DNA of 64,000 nucleotides from Felis catus (Eukaryota), in contig NC_058373.1 in NCBI RefSeq assembly GCF_018350175.1, positions 105,836,001 through 105,900,000 of the forward strand. The letters run 5' to 3'. Shown one piece after another: positions 1 through 13,318 of this stretch (the stretch's first letter is position 1; the number at the start of each line of letters is the position of its first letter). The position numbers were made by a program, and so were the translations under genes. Below the pieces are notes generated by a model. That model was not told the origin of the DNA. It did no database searches and was given only the letters and a program-made list of their open reading frames with translations.

Positions 1-186
1 AGAAAAGCATGTCAGCTTCTGCCTGGACAGTGCCTTGTTACATAATTAGTTTTTTCTGAGTCTAAAAATCATGCTTTCTCTTAATAAAGAATGTGTGTAA
101 TAAAGGAATATGCAGAAGTAAAAAGCACTTACATTATTTCCAACACATGGAGAAAACATTATTAATATTTAGATGAATTTCCTTAT

Positions 187-672
187 ATTTTTATTTTTAA
201 AAATTTTTATTTAAATGCAAGTTAGTTAATATATGTTATAATAATGGCTTCGGGAGTAGAATTTAGCGATTTATCACTTACATATAACACCTAGTGCTCA
301 TCCCAACAAGTGCCCTCCTTAATGCCCATCACCCATTCAGCCCATCCCCTCCACCTATCTCCCCTCCAGCAACCCTCTGTCTGTTCTCTGTATTTAAGAG
401 TCTCCTCTCTGTTTTTATCTTATTTTTCCTTCCCTTCCCTTGTGTTCATCTGTTTTGTTTCTTAAATTCCACATGAGTGAAATCATATGATATTTATCTT
501 TCTCTGACTGACTTATTTTGCTTAGCATAATACACTCTAATTCCATCCATGTTATTGCATATGGCAAGATTTCATTCTTTTTGATCACTGAGTAATATTC
601 CATTGTGTGTGTGTGTATGTGTGTGTGTGTGTATACATATATACATATACACCACATCTTCTTTATCCATTC
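187..672 (-). mobile_element. LINE-1 3' fragment (carnivore type), 5'-truncated
   Basis: Encodes the ORF2 C-terminus remnant (TMEYYSVIKKNEILPYAITWMELE...SQSEKDKYHMISL) and has a T-rich tail at left. TSD TAGATGAATTTC(C/T)TTAT at 170-186 and 673-689. 3'UTR is the same type as the inner L1 at 14855. Confidence 0.92.
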
Positions 673-699
673 TAGATGAATTTCTTTATTATCTTCTAG

Positions 700-885
700 A
701 TAATAAGGAAATACTATATATACAGATATCCTATATAAATATTATATATATATAGTATATATAAGGGTGTACTATATATGTAATGATATACTATATATAT
801 CACTATATATATAATAATAAAATTCTATATATAGTAATAAATTCTAAGTGTTTAATATATAGTGATAAAATTCTAAGTATCTTAA
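700..885. repeat. AT-rich low-complexity tract with about 3 degenerate copies of TATATAGTAATAAAATTCTA
   Basis: Repeated unit visible at about 805-885 within TA-rich sequence. Confidence 0.6.
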
Positions 886-979
886 CATTTGCACTAAATT
901 AGTTTTATAATAATATTTACTATATACTCACTTAACATTTATATCTGAATTTTCTAAAATTACTTGTCTTCAAAAGTGT

Positions 980-1200
980 AATTTTAAAGGGCTGCAGAAC
1001 ATTCCAATACATGAATGTACCATAATTTATTTAACTCAATTCCCTTTGCTAGATTTCTATTATGGTTTTCTATTCTTTATTACAAATAAAGCTAAAACAT
1101 TCTTGTACATAAATCTTTTTTCATCTCTAAATATTTTTTAGAATGTATTCCTGTAAAGGACTTTACTGGACAAGTCTATCTGTAAAACATTTAACATTCT
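980..1200 (-). mobile_element. Ancient L1M-type fragment
   Basis: Degenerate L1 3' region motifs (ATTCCAATACATGAATGTACCATAATTTATTTAAC...ACATTCTTGTACATAAATCTT). Confidence 0.5.
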
Positions 1201-1414
1201 CCTTTGTAGGACAGATCAAAGGGGAATAAAACTTTTATCATCAATGAGCAATAATGCTGCTTTTCCTTTGACTTCTTACTTTTAATTTGTGATCTAGAAG
1301 TTTGCCCTGGAATAATCCATGAGTAGATAGGACTCTAGTTTGTAAAGTGTCCTTTTCCACCCCAGGCTTATTCCCTTCAAAGATGAGAACAAAGCATACA
1401 AATTGATACTTCCC

Positions 1415-1935
1415 TTTTTATTATTAAAATTTTTTTGAGTATAGTTGACCTACAATGTTACATTAGTTTCAGGGGTACAACATAGTGATTCAACAACTTT
1501 ATATATTATGCTATGCTCATCACGAATGTAGCTACCATCTGTCACCATACAATATCATTGACTATATTCCCTATGCTGTGCCTTTGATTCCCAGGCCTTA
1601 TTCATTCCATAACTGGAAATCTGTATTTCCCACGGCCCTTCATCCATTTTGCTCATTCTCCCACCTCTCTCCCCTCTGACAACCACCAGTTTGTTCTCTG
1701 CATTGATGCATCTGATTCTGCTATTTCTTTGTTTATTCATTTGTTTATTTTTAGATTCCACATAGGAGTGAAATCATATGGTATTTGTTTTCTTCGGTCT
1801 GACTTAATCTCACTTAGCATTAGTGGATCTATCCATGTTTTCTGAAGATCTATCCATGTTTTCTCAAATGGAACAATCTTATTTTTTTTTTTGGCTGTAT
1901 AATAATTATTCCATTGTGTGTGTGTGTATATAGTA
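1415..1935 (-). mobile_element. LINE-1 3' fragment (carnivore type)
   Basis: L1 3'UTR plus ORF2 end (TTAGATTCCACATAGGAGTGAAATCATATGGTATTTG) with a T-rich tail at left. Confidence 0.88.
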
Positions 1936-4029
1936 AATATAACATATGATTACTTCTTTCAAAGAACAATAATCAATGAATTGTAATCTACAGATCAAAT
2001 AAATTAGATTCTGGCATAAACCTAACAGTGAGCTTAGCCATAAAGACTGCTTCAGGTTCTGTATCACATTATAGCTGATTTTGAGCGGAACACTGCAGTA
2101 ACCTCCTTAGAGATGACATCCAAGCATGATCATCACTGGTAATGTACAGTTTGGATGTGATCTGGGAGTTTAATGACGACTTCCATGTTGATTTTCAGGG
2201 CATGGCAGGGGAAGGGTTCCCCACCTGGGAACTGCTTTCCCAACCACCGCTGCTGACTTTGTCATTCAGGCCCACCCAGCTTGTGCCCTTTGGTTATGCA
2301 CATTGCTAACTTTGGCTCATCTCTGTGTACCTTAAGAAGTATTAACTCCCTTTTCGAGACTACATTTCATAATGCTTTAACTACATAGGTTCTTTAGCAC
2401 AATGCTCTCTACAAACTGATTTCAGGTATATTTTTAAGCAGTAAAAATCCCCCATACCCCAGAAAACCTTGCATGAAACTCCAGCATATGAGAAAAACCA
2501 AAGCTGCTCTGATTGAAACCAGGCAGGGTTTCTCCCCTAAAACTTTACTCATCCCTAGTCTCAAGGCAAGTGCCCCCCAAATCGTTTCAGAGAATCTGTA
2601 AGTTTAAAAAGCAGAGGCAAAAAAACCAACCAACCAAGGGCTTATCCCAAACACAAATTTGGTTCACTGAAAAAGGAAGAAAGGACAGTCATCAAGGTAT
2701 CCAAATGCATACCCGAAGCACTGCCAAGCAATTGAACTTCTTTTAAAAAAAAGATCTTAAAACTTCCATTGTTCCATGTATGCAACTGAAGTCAAAAAGG
2801 AAGCCAACAGCATATTTACTTTGCAGGTGATTGCATCCAGTTCAGCACAGACTTCATTTTGCTAAGCAATTCTAAGGGCTAATTAACCAATCTTACATGT
2901 TGTAAGTGTTAGATAATTATTCCATCCCGTCCCACTGGCATGAGCAAGTCAGACTATAGTAGCTTTATTTGAAGCACAAAGGAATACTAAAGTAAACATC
3001 TTTGTTTTACACTTGTGGTAGTCTAGGATTTAGACAGCAATAAATCTGAAAGGCAACACAAGGTTTATCCAGGGCCCAGTAATTTATGGGGTCACATGAC
3101 TTCTTCCATACTTCTGGAAAGAAATGATGATGTAGCAAGGTCTTCTAGGCCTAGAAATGTTAGTTCCTATTCATTAATATTATCTTAATCATGCAGACGT
3201 TTAGGTGTCATATTGTGGTACACTATGGTCTTCTTTTTATTAACATTTATTAACAAAGCATGTTGCTAGTAATTATTAACATGGAATATACAGGTATAAG
3301 CCAACTCAGTTATGCTTCAGAACTGAGAGCAAACCACAAGATATAGCAGCACAGCCTAATATACACTAAATAGATTATCTCACACCATCTGTAATGCTCT
3401 GGGATTTTCCTTGGGTACTAGCATAGAAAGAGACACTTTGTAGTTTGCATGTTCTTTTTATTGCATCAGAGGATTTTGAAGTCATCATCTCCTAATTCTT
3501 AGAAATCCTTAACATCTATATAAGAACTGAAAAACATAGAAACCCTTGAGTCCATGCAGTTCAAATCTATGCCCTCTTCAGCCATAGAGTTACCATAATT
3601 GGATAAAGAGGGGATTAACAGAAAAATTTCAACGGACCCAGTTGAAGCACACAAGTGTTTTTAATGGCAGTGCATAAAAATGTATGGATGTGGCTACACA
3701 AAGCAGGAGACAATGCAGCATGCTCTCCAATAAAGGTACAGCTTCCCAGATTACCACAGACTGTCACCAGCACTGGGCAAAGATTCCACCAGGCATGAGC
3801 AGTTGCCCTTGTATTTCTCAAAGATGACTTTGCACCTCTCTGCTTGCCTCTGCTCCTGCCATACTCTCCTACTGCTGCCAACTGCTCTGAATACTACACC
3901 TGTTCCCCAGGTGAAAGTAACATACCAAACAACTCCAGGCCGAGAGTTCCAGCCCACTGGAAATATATGGTCCTATAGGATGATCATACAGACAGAATAA
4001 AATGGCTTGTAAGATAAAAGCTAAAAAAC

Positions 4030-4042
4030 GTAAACAGGAAGT
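4030..4042 (+). promoter_or_regulatory. FOX:ETS composite motif (candidate enhancer site)
   Basis: GTAAACAGGAAGT with AGATAA (GATA) about 15 bp upstream, in apparently unique sequence. Motif match only. Confidence 0.3.
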
Positions 4043-5280
4043 GAAGAAGCAGACAAGTGATCTCACTCTGACTTGTTTTGAAGATACTGAAACTTCTTGT
4101 AGGATATGTTCCCTAAGTTAATCTTGGCCAACTGGTTGGCGTGATCATCATTTTACTTATTTAATTTTAGCAAGTCTTTTAGCCCTGAACGCGCTACATA
4201 ATGAACAGAACCAAGTTTACATAGTCTACTCTATGCTTGTTTTGGAGTCTGTTCATAAAAACAAACTTCATAAAAAAAGAGGCTGCATATAAACGGTAGA
4301 AGGAGGAAGAAGAATTTGATGATTTATAAATGGTTGATGGTTGACCAGCTGCTTTAAGACCCAGTTCGAAATTAAAAAAAAAAAATTACACATTTTCTCT
4401 GATTGGTCACAAATACTAATTTGAAATACAAATTGAAAACGAAATATAATTCCTTAATTGAGTATGCACTATGGTAAGACTCAGCATATAACCAGCATAA
4501 TAACCAGGTAAGAATCAAACCTGGTACACAAATGTACAATAAGAGGTTGAAAGACTTTAGTTAGAGAGTGGTACCAGGTAGGGACAAGCCTCAAATGACA
4601 AATGGGCTTCTAGAACACTATGTTACACATAAGTATTTGATTGTTCACCCATTTGGTTATTTTATTAGCTATGTCCTTTGCTGCTGCAAACATGCATTGG
4701 GCAGCATATAGAAATAAGTAGTGTGTAGTGTGTTTTAGAGACGGAAAGCTATGTTCTTAACCAGACTTTTTGGAACTCGCCTTATTTGTGGGATGTTAGT
4801 AATCCCAAGACGATTGAAACCTGTTTCATATTAACAGATAATTATAGTGATGCAAAAATTTCCCTCTTTACTCTTCTTTTTCCCCAAGCAATTGAAGTCT
4901 GTTTGTTTTGCATTTTGGGTCTCCAAATACTACTCACAAAACCGGATTTGTTCCTGTGACTCATATTGTTTTTAATTAATATCATCTGTTCTTGTTCTAA
5001 TTTTTGTTATTGTCTAGTTCAATTTTTAGAAATTAATTTTCAGTCACTAACATAGTAAACTTAAATAATGGCTTGTGGCTGAAACAGAACAGCATCTGTG
5101 GGAAATTTATAAAGACTAGGAAATCATCATGCACCCAGCAGGTAGAGTGACAAGATTTCCTAGGGAAATCTGGCATTATTACGCCAGGACAGGAATGGCA
5201 CATTCCAGACGGCTAGCATTTGCTGAGCTCTGCTGCATCCAGGGTTGGCCCTGTCATTCATCCTACTTAAAGGGCAACTG

Positions 5281-5490
5281 GGGGGTACCCGGGGGGCTCA
5301 GTCGATTAAGCAGCAAACTCTCAACTTCCACTCAGGTCATGATCTCATGGTTTGTGAGTTCGAGCCCTGCACCAGGCTCTGCGCTGAGAGCGTGGAGCCT
5401 GCTTGGGATTCTGTCTCCCTCTCTGGCCCTCCCCTGCTCGCTCTCTATCTCTCTTTCAAAATAAATAAAATAAATAAGTAAATAAACTTT
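5281..5490 (+). mobile_element. CAN-SINE
   Basis: tRNA-derived head (GGCTCAGTCGATTAAG...GTTCGAGCCC), CT-rich region and (AAAT)n tail. Confidence 0.93.
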
Positions 5491-7039
5491 GAAAGGGAAA
5501 CCCGAAACACCCTCCCTTCATTTGTGTCCCTTAATCTACATTTGGCCAAAAGAAGCTCAAGGACCCCCAAATGTGGCCATAAAGCATCATATATTAAATA
5601 AAGTGGGAACGGAATTGACACAAGATAGTTGTCCTTGTCGTTCTTCTAGGCCCCTTTCATCTGGTGTGTGACCATACTGAGGGAAGTAGTCTGTCCTGGG
5701 TCAGCTTTCCAAGAGAAGATAAAAATCTCTTTTTTTTTTTTGCACATATCCTCAATTGACTTTTTTTTTCATGAGAAGTCAATCCTAGCTTCATTTCCCG
5801 AGTAGGAAACTTCCTATAATGTAAAATGCAGGCACAAAGGAAAAGAAAGTCTTTTTATACAGTACTTCCCTCTCCCCCTTTTTTTTTTTAAACAAAATAC
5901 TGCATGCCAACTTGCAAGTGAAGTTCTGAAAGCTCTAATTTTCCTCTTTGAAGCCGCGAAGGGTGGCATTGGCAAGGATAGATCCTCTTTCACATACATA
6001 GCCAGCCAGGTTTCCTCCCAATTGCTAGAAACATCTGGTATCACCCTAGGGTCTCTTTGAGATCCATAATTATTTCTTTACCGTGTTAATGATGACAACT
6101 ACCTCTTTCTCACTACCCGGCTTCTTCCAGACTTTTCTTTTCTTTACTGTTGACACACCATTGTAAGAAAAATAAATAAGACAATTCCTAATTCCATGGC
6201 TGAGGTCTCTGCCTCACAAAACGATAATCTTCAACAGGAAGAATGGTTCCATAAGTAGTGGTCTGAACCAAGTGACTCTAACACCAAATGTAAGATAATT
6301 GCTTTTCTTAGAAACCATCAATCTATTGTTCTATCTTCACTACTCCCTGTGGATCCAAAATCCTTCTCTCCATGGACATATTTTGGCCGCCAATGCTGTG
6401 GGGAAAATTTTTCTTAACAGTGCCGGTAATTTAGAAGAAGACCACCCAATCTTAATCTGCCTTCCTTCCATGTTTTATCTTTCTATTGGCAAGGAAGCCA
6501 GATTTTCAAACCAACACCTCATTTAGGCCTGGGAAGATATTTAGCCATAATGGATCTGCCAACCCATGACCCCTGAGTATAAAAATTTCCTTTAACCAAC
6601 CGGACACATTCAAGCTGGGACAGGAAAGACATTCCTTGTACATGAAGGGTTATCTGCTCCATAAACATCTCAGAAATCACCAATGGCTTTTTTACTAAAC
6701 GAGAGGAGGATTCTATAACCCTAGAATTATTCAGCTCTAAGGTCAAAGGAAATACACCAAAGTCAATATTTCCATGTTATGTCTTTAACTATAATAATGA
6801 CAAAGTACAAATTCTATGATGGAAAAAATCTGAGATCTCACTGTGCCTGAGACTGAAGGTTTATAGAATCCTACCTGACCTCTGTGGACCATCTTTCCTT
6901 AATTAGCTGGTGTGCTCAGATATTCCAGTATATGCTGGGGAGTTTGCAATACACCATTTCTTCTTAGAGAGTGGTCCAAGAGCCTAAGTGTTATATGACA
7001 TTTCCCTTCTCATGACATATAATTAGACTGGGACAAGAC

Positions 7040-7192
7040 AGGAGCTATCATTCTGTCTCTTCCCTACTAGAACATGAGTGCCCTGAGGGCAGGATTCTTG
7101 TCCCCATGTACACAATAGCCTCCCCAGTGCCAAGAACAGAGACTGGCCCACTCAGCAGGAATTCAATAAATATCTGTTGAATGAATGGATGA
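7040..7192 (+). mobile_element. L2 3' end
   Basis: Ends in CAATAAATATCTGTTGAATGAATGGATGA and contains the GAGGGCAGGA motif. Confidence 0.75.
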
Positions 7193-9044
7193 GAGAAAAC
7201 TTTAGGACAATAAATTATCAAAAGCCTCTGTCTGGAGCAATCTGTGAGCACGGGAGGGGTTCTGAGGATGAGCAGAATAAGTGGACCAGAGTTGTTGGAA
7301 CAAACTTAGCAGAGATGGTAGGGCTTGAACTGGCCATGAAGGCAGAGCAAGATTCCAGTAAGTGGAAGGCTCTCCATAGGATGGGACTGAAGTCAGGCAT
7401 AAGAGCCAGCACTAGCATTAAAAGGAGATCTGCAGGGAGATCCCTTTCTCTTTACCTTCTCCAAAGCCTGTTGGACTGTGGAGGGTGTTTAAACTTTGGT
7501 TCACCATCTGGGGTCTGCATCCCTCAGCATCCAATGCAGCCACCCTCATTTATGGCCACTTTTTTGTACCACTTCTTGGAAGTCAGTTACCAATCCTCTC
7601 ACAACTCCATCCCATAGGTGAGCAGAGAGGAATGTGCAGGACCCCCAGCCTTCCATCCCTTTCTAATCCCCAGTAATGTCTCCTGTATGTCTTCCTCTTG
7701 CTCTCTCCAGAAACTTCTCTCTCTCTTCCCTCTCTCTGGAAAGCCAGCATCATCTTAACAACAATGGGGTTGAGCTTTTGTGAAAGCTAAAAGCTTCTAG
7801 TGCTTGTGCTTTCCTTAATACAAAGATTCCTGAGGTGGGCTTCCAGTATGTCCAGGTAATCTTAGCAAACTGGGGAGAGAGGAAAATGCAGGGAGAAAAA
7901 AATATGTAAATATTTCAGTAAATTATGCTTCTACAATTTCTGCCAGTGGCTATAGACCTCTTTCTGCTTTCCTAAAGCACTTTAGATATAACTAAATAAA
8001 TGTAAGATTTGTCAAGAAGAGTTGGAAAGCAACCCAAAATGCTGGGTTCAAACTTGATCTGTGTCCTCTAGGGCGCTTAGAATCTAACAGAAAATGATAC
8101 AGCACAACCAGGACCTTTCTTGTCTGTGACCTTGTAAATTAAGTACTACAACAGTGGCTGGTGTGAAAGTAGGACTGCATGTGACTAAGATAATTAAACT
8201 AAGGAAAATACAAACTGAACTGAAGCAAAGAGATTTAATTTCCTGGATGAGTCATCCAAAGAGAGTGAGGATTTACAAATTTTCAAATTTTAAAGTTTTT
8301 TTTAATCAATGAATGGAACAAAAACAAAAATAGGTGAGCTAATTTAGACTGAGAAAATGGAGTCAATTCTTCTTTATCAAAGGAATCTCTGGGGGTTTGC
8401 TGGGAAGGCAGTTCACCCTCTCGAAGCCTCTTGCCTCTCCTTCAGCTGTGGGCCTCCTGGCAGGCACATAACAGCATCATGTGTAATTGCATTAAATTAG
8501 AGGACACCCAGGGGTGGTGTTAATAGCATGTCTTCATATGCTTTCGTGGCTTAAAGAGCAACTGATTAACTACTATAGGCCAGAATTGCTTTGTGCTGGA
8601 GATACCCAAGACTGGTCAGTTCTTTCTGTTTATCATTAATTTTTCTATCCATCTATTGACCAGTCATTTGATTTATCAACCACTCAACAAACTTATCTCT
8701 GAATCTTCCTTCCTTCCTTCCTTTCTTCCTCCCATCCACCCTCCCTCCCTTCTTGTCCCCTCTTCCTCCAAACTAAACCTAGAGTCAGGAAGTATCTTGG
8801 AAGTTGAGCTCTGAATTTTCTAATCTTACCTTGGGTCCTCACTAACAAGATAACACCTGATCTGAGTCACCTGTAACTTCCACACCCATTGAATGAAAGG
8901 ATTAGATCATCTCCTTACACTGTAGCCACTAGTTAAAGGCATACCTAGCCTCTGGATCAGAGTGCCTCCATATAGATCCCTGACTTACCAACCACTTCCT
9001 GTTTATGTGAGCTTGGGCAGCTTATTTAACTTCACTGTGCCTCA

Positions 9045-9161
9045 ATTTCCTTATCTGTGAAATTTGGGTCATAATTGGTCCTGTTGGCTATAATCTTCTA
9101 AATCTCATAATCTTCTAAATAGCCAGTAGGACCAATTATGACCCAAATTTCACAGATAAGG

Positions 9162-9165
<4 letters not shown>
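9045..9165. repeat. 47-bp inverted repeat with 27-nt loop
   Basis: Arms 9045-9091 and 9119-9165 are reverse complements at 45 of 47 positions. A 14-bp direct repeat ATAATCTTCTAAAT (9090-9103, 9107-9120) spans the loop. Confidence 0.95.

Positions 9166-9212
<47 letters not shown>
9164..9212. repeat. (TA)n microsatellite
   Basis: Perfect TA run of about 24 units. Confidence 0.97.
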
Positions 9213-9217
<5 letters not shown>

Positions 9218-12200
9218 CTTAGAACAAAGTGTGGTACATATTAAATGCTCAATAAATGTTAAGATTATTAAATTTTTATTTTATTAATTTTTTTACTGTT
9301 TCATTTTTTATTTTAATTCCAGTATAGTTAATATACAGGGTTATATTAGTTTCAGATGGGCAATATAATAATTCTGCAATTCTATACATTACTCAGTGTT
9401 TATCATGCTAAGGGCACTCTTAATCCCCTTCACCTATTTCACCCATCCCCCCACCCACCTTCCTCTGGTAACCATCAGGTTAAGAGTCTGTTTTTTAGCT
9501 TGTCTGTTTCTTTGCTTTTGTTTCTTAAATTCCACATATGATTGAGATCATATGGTATTTATCTTTCTCTGACTCGCTTCTTTCACTCAGCATTATACTC
9601 TCTAGATTTATTCATGTTGTTGCTAATGGCAAGATTTCATTCTTTTTAATAGCCCAGTAATATTTCATTGTATATGTACACCATTTCTTCTTTATCCATT
9701 CATCTATCAATTGACATGTGGGCTGCTTCTATAATTTGGCTACTGTAAACAATGCTGCAATAAACATAGAGGCCCATATATCTCTTTGACTTCATGTTTT
9801 TGTAAACTTTGGGTAAATTCCCAGTGGTGGAATTACTAGATCATATAGTAATTCTATTTTTAATGTTTTGGGAAACCTCTATACTGTTTTCCATAGTGAG
9901 TGCACCAGTTTGCGGTCCCACCAACAGTGCACGAGAGTTTCTTTTTCTCCAAATCCTCACCACATTTGTGGTTTCTTATGTTTTTGATTTTAGCCATTTT
10001 GACACGTGTAAGGTGATATCTCATTGTGGTTTTGATTTGCTTTTCCCTGATGATGAGTGTTGTTGAGCATCTTTTCATGTGTCTGTTGGCCTTCAGAATG
10101 TCTTATTTGGGGAAATGTTTGTTCATGTCTTATGCCCATTTTTATTGGATTATTTGTTTTGGAGGTGTTGAGTTGTAGAAGTTTTACATATTTTGGATAC
10201 TAATTTAGTGTTGAGTTTTATAAGTTCTTTATATATTTTGGATACTAACCCTTTATCAGATATGTCATTTGTAAATATCTTCTCCCATTCAGTAGGTTGT
10301 CTTTTTGTTTTGTTGATTATTTCCTTTGCCATGCAGAAGCTTTTTATTTTGATGTAGTTCTGATAGTTTATTTTTGCTTTTGTTTCTCTTGCTTCAGGAG
10401 ATCTATCTAGAAAAATGTTGTTACAGCCAATGTCAGAGAAATTACTGCCTGTGCTCTCTTCTAGGCTTTTTATGGCTTCAGGTCTCACGTTTTGGTCCTT
10501 AATCCATTTTGACTTTATTTCTGTGTTTGGTGTATGAAAGTGGTCCAGTTTCATTCTTTTGCTTGTAGCTATCCAGTTTTCCCAGCACCATTTATTGAAA
10601 AGATTGTCTTTTTCCCATGCATATTCTTGCCTCCTTTGACAAAGATTAATTGACCATATAATTGTAGGTGTATTTCTGGGCTCTTGATTCTCTTCCATTG
10701 GTCTATGTGTCTCTTTTTGTGCTAGTATCATACCGTTTTGATTACTATAGCTTTATAGTATATCTTGAAATCTGGGATTGTGACACCTCCAGTTTGTTCT
10801 TCCTTTTCAAGATTACTCTGGCTATTTGGGGTCTTTTTTTGGTTCTACCAGATTTTAGGATCATTTTTTCTAGCTCTGTGAAAAATTTTTAAAAATATTT
10901 TGATAGGGATTGCACTGAATCTGTAAATTGTTTTAGGTAATATAGAGATTTTAACAATATTTGTTCTTCCAGTCAATAAGCATGGATTATCTTTCCATTT
11001 GTGTTATCTTCAATTTCTTTCATGTGTTTTATAGTTTTCAGAGTACAGGTCTTTCACCTTCTTGGTTAAGTTATTCCCAGGCATTTTATTATTTTTGATG
11101 CAATTGTAAATGGGATTCTCTTCTTAATTTCTCTTTCTGCTGCTTCATTATTAGTGTATGGAAATGCAACAGATTTTTATATATTGATTTTTTATCCTGT
11201 GACCTTACTGAATGCATTTATCAGTTCTAGTAGTTTTTTGATGACATCTTTAGGGTTTTCTATATATAGTATCATGTCATCTGCAAATAGTGAAAGTTTT
11301 ACTTCGTCCTTACCAATTTGGATGCCTTTTACCTCTTTCTCTTGTCTGATTGCTGTGGCTAGGACTTGCAGTACTATGTTGAATAAAAGTAGTGAGAGTG
11401 GACATCCTTGTCTTGTACCTGATCTTAGGGGGAAAGTTCTCAGTTTTTTTCTATTGATTATAATGTTAGCTGTGGGTTTTTCATATATTGCCTTTATTAT
11501 GTGAAAGTTATGTTCCTTCTAAACCTAATTTGTTGAGGAACATTCATCATGAATGAATGTTGTACTTGTCAAATGCTTTTTCTGCATCTATTGAAATGAT
11601 CATATGGTTTTTATCCTTTCTCTTATTGATGTGATGTGTCATGTTGATTGATTTGCAAATATTGAATCACCCTTGCATCCCAGGAATAAATCCCACTTGA
11701 TCACGGTGAATGATTTTTTTTAACGTATTGTTGGATTCAGTTTGCTAATATTTTGTTGAGGATTTCTGAATCTATGTTCATAAGAGGTATAGGCCTGTAG
11801 CTGTCTTTTTTTGTAATGTCTTTATCTAGTGTTGGTATCAGGGTAATGCTGACTTAATAGAATGAATTTGGACGTTTTCCTTCCTCTTCTATTTTTTGGA
11901 ATAGTTTGAGAAGAATAAGTATTAACTGTTCTTTATATATTTTGTAGAATTTCCCTGTGAAGCCATCTGGTCCTAGACTTTTGTTTGTTGGGAGGTTTTT
12001 GATTACTGATTCAATTTCACTGCTATTAATCAATTTGTTCAAATTTTCTATTTCTTCTTGCTTCAGTTTTGGTAGGTTATATGTTTCTAGGAATTTATCC
12101 ATTTCTTCTAGTCCAATTTGTTAGCATATAATTTTTCATAATATTCTCTTATAATCTTTTGTATTTCAATGGTGTCAGTTGTTATGTCTCCTCTTTCATA

Positions 12201-12831
12201 CATGATTTTGCTTATTCATATTCTTTCTCTCTCTCTTTTGTGAGTCTGGTTAAAGGTTTATCAATTTCATGGATCTTTTCAAAGAACCAATTCCTGGCTT
12301 CATTGATCTGTTCTATTGTTTCTTTTTTTTAGTTTCTATACCATTTATTTCTGCTCTCATATTTATTATTTCCTTACTTCTATTGGTTTGGGGTTTTGTT
12401 GTTCTTTTACAGGTCCTTTATGTATCAAGTTAAGTTGTTTGAGATTTTTCTTGTTTTTGAGATAGGCCTGGATTGCTATCAACTTTCCTCTAGGAAAGGT
12501 TTTCCTGCAGCCCAAAAATTTTGGACCATTGTGTTCTCATTTTCGTTTTTCTCCATGTATTTTTTTGTTTCCTTTTTGATTTCCTGGTTGACCCATTTGT
12601 TGTTTAGTCACATGTTATTTAACCTCCGTGTATTTGTGTGCTTTCCAGAGTTTTTCTTGTGATTGATTTCCAGTTTCATAGTACTGTGATCAAAAAAGAT
12701 GCATGATGTCACTTCGATCCTTTTGAATTTCTTGAGATTTGTTTTGTGTCTAATATGTGAACTATTATGGAGAATGTTCCATATACACTTGGAAAGAATG
12801 TGCATTCTGCTGTTTTAGTATAGAATATTCT

Positions 12832-13033
12832 GGGGGTGGCTGGGTGGCTAAATCAGTTAAGTGGCCAACTTCAGCTCAGGTCATGATCTCGCGTCGGGCT
12901 CTGTACTGACAGCTCAGAACCTAGAGCCTGCTTCAGATTCTGTATCTCCCTCTCTCTCTGCCCCTCATCCACTCACGCTCAGTCTCTCTCTCTCTAAAAA
13001 AATAAATAGATAAACATTAGAAAAGAAATAGAT
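12832..13033 (+). mobile_element. CAN-SINE inside outer L1 ORF2 (internal deletion over the B box)
   Basis: Head GGTGGCTAAATCAGTTAAG. GATCTCGCG runs directly into TCGGGCTCTG. CT region and A tail present. Confidence 0.9.
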
Positions 13034-13109
13034 TTTTAGGATGGAATATTTTGACGATATCTGTTTGATCCATCTGGTCCAATGTGTTATTCAAAACCAT
13101 TGTTTCCTT

Positions 13110-13318
13110 GGGGCACCTGGGTGGCTCAGCTGGTTAAATGTCTGATTTTGATTTCGTCTCAGGTCATGATCCCAGTTTGTGAGCTTTAGCCCCACATCAG
13201 GCTCTTTGTTGACAGTGTGAAGCCTGCTTGGGATTCTGTCTCCCTCCCTTTCTACTTCTACTCCTTCCTGTTCACACTTTCTCTCTCACTCTCAAAAATA
13301 AATAACCATTAAAAAGAA
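13110..13318 (+). mobile_element. CAN-SINE inside outer L1 ORF2
   Basis: GGGGCACCTGGGTGGCTCAG head, with degenerate TSD ending TGTTTCCTTG on both sides. Confidence 0.92.

Larger units (their letters stand above)
8975..9260 (+). mobile_element. MIR with internal inverted duplication and (TA)n
   Basis: MIR core GCTTGGGCAGCTTATTTAACTTCACTGTGCCTCAATTTCCTTATCTGTGAAAT and tail TGCTCAATAAATGTT. Confidence 0.8.

Noticed and set aside
3740..3910. Possible minus-strand exon (VVFRAVGSSRRVWQEQRQAERCKVIFEKYKGNCSCLVESLPSAGDSL)
   Set aside because: Weak acceptor (GGGGAACAG), weak donor (GTAATC) and an unrecognised peptide.
7177..7617. 146-aa ORF
   Set aside because: Starts in an L2 tail repeat (TGAATGAATGGATG) and has no recognisable protein features.
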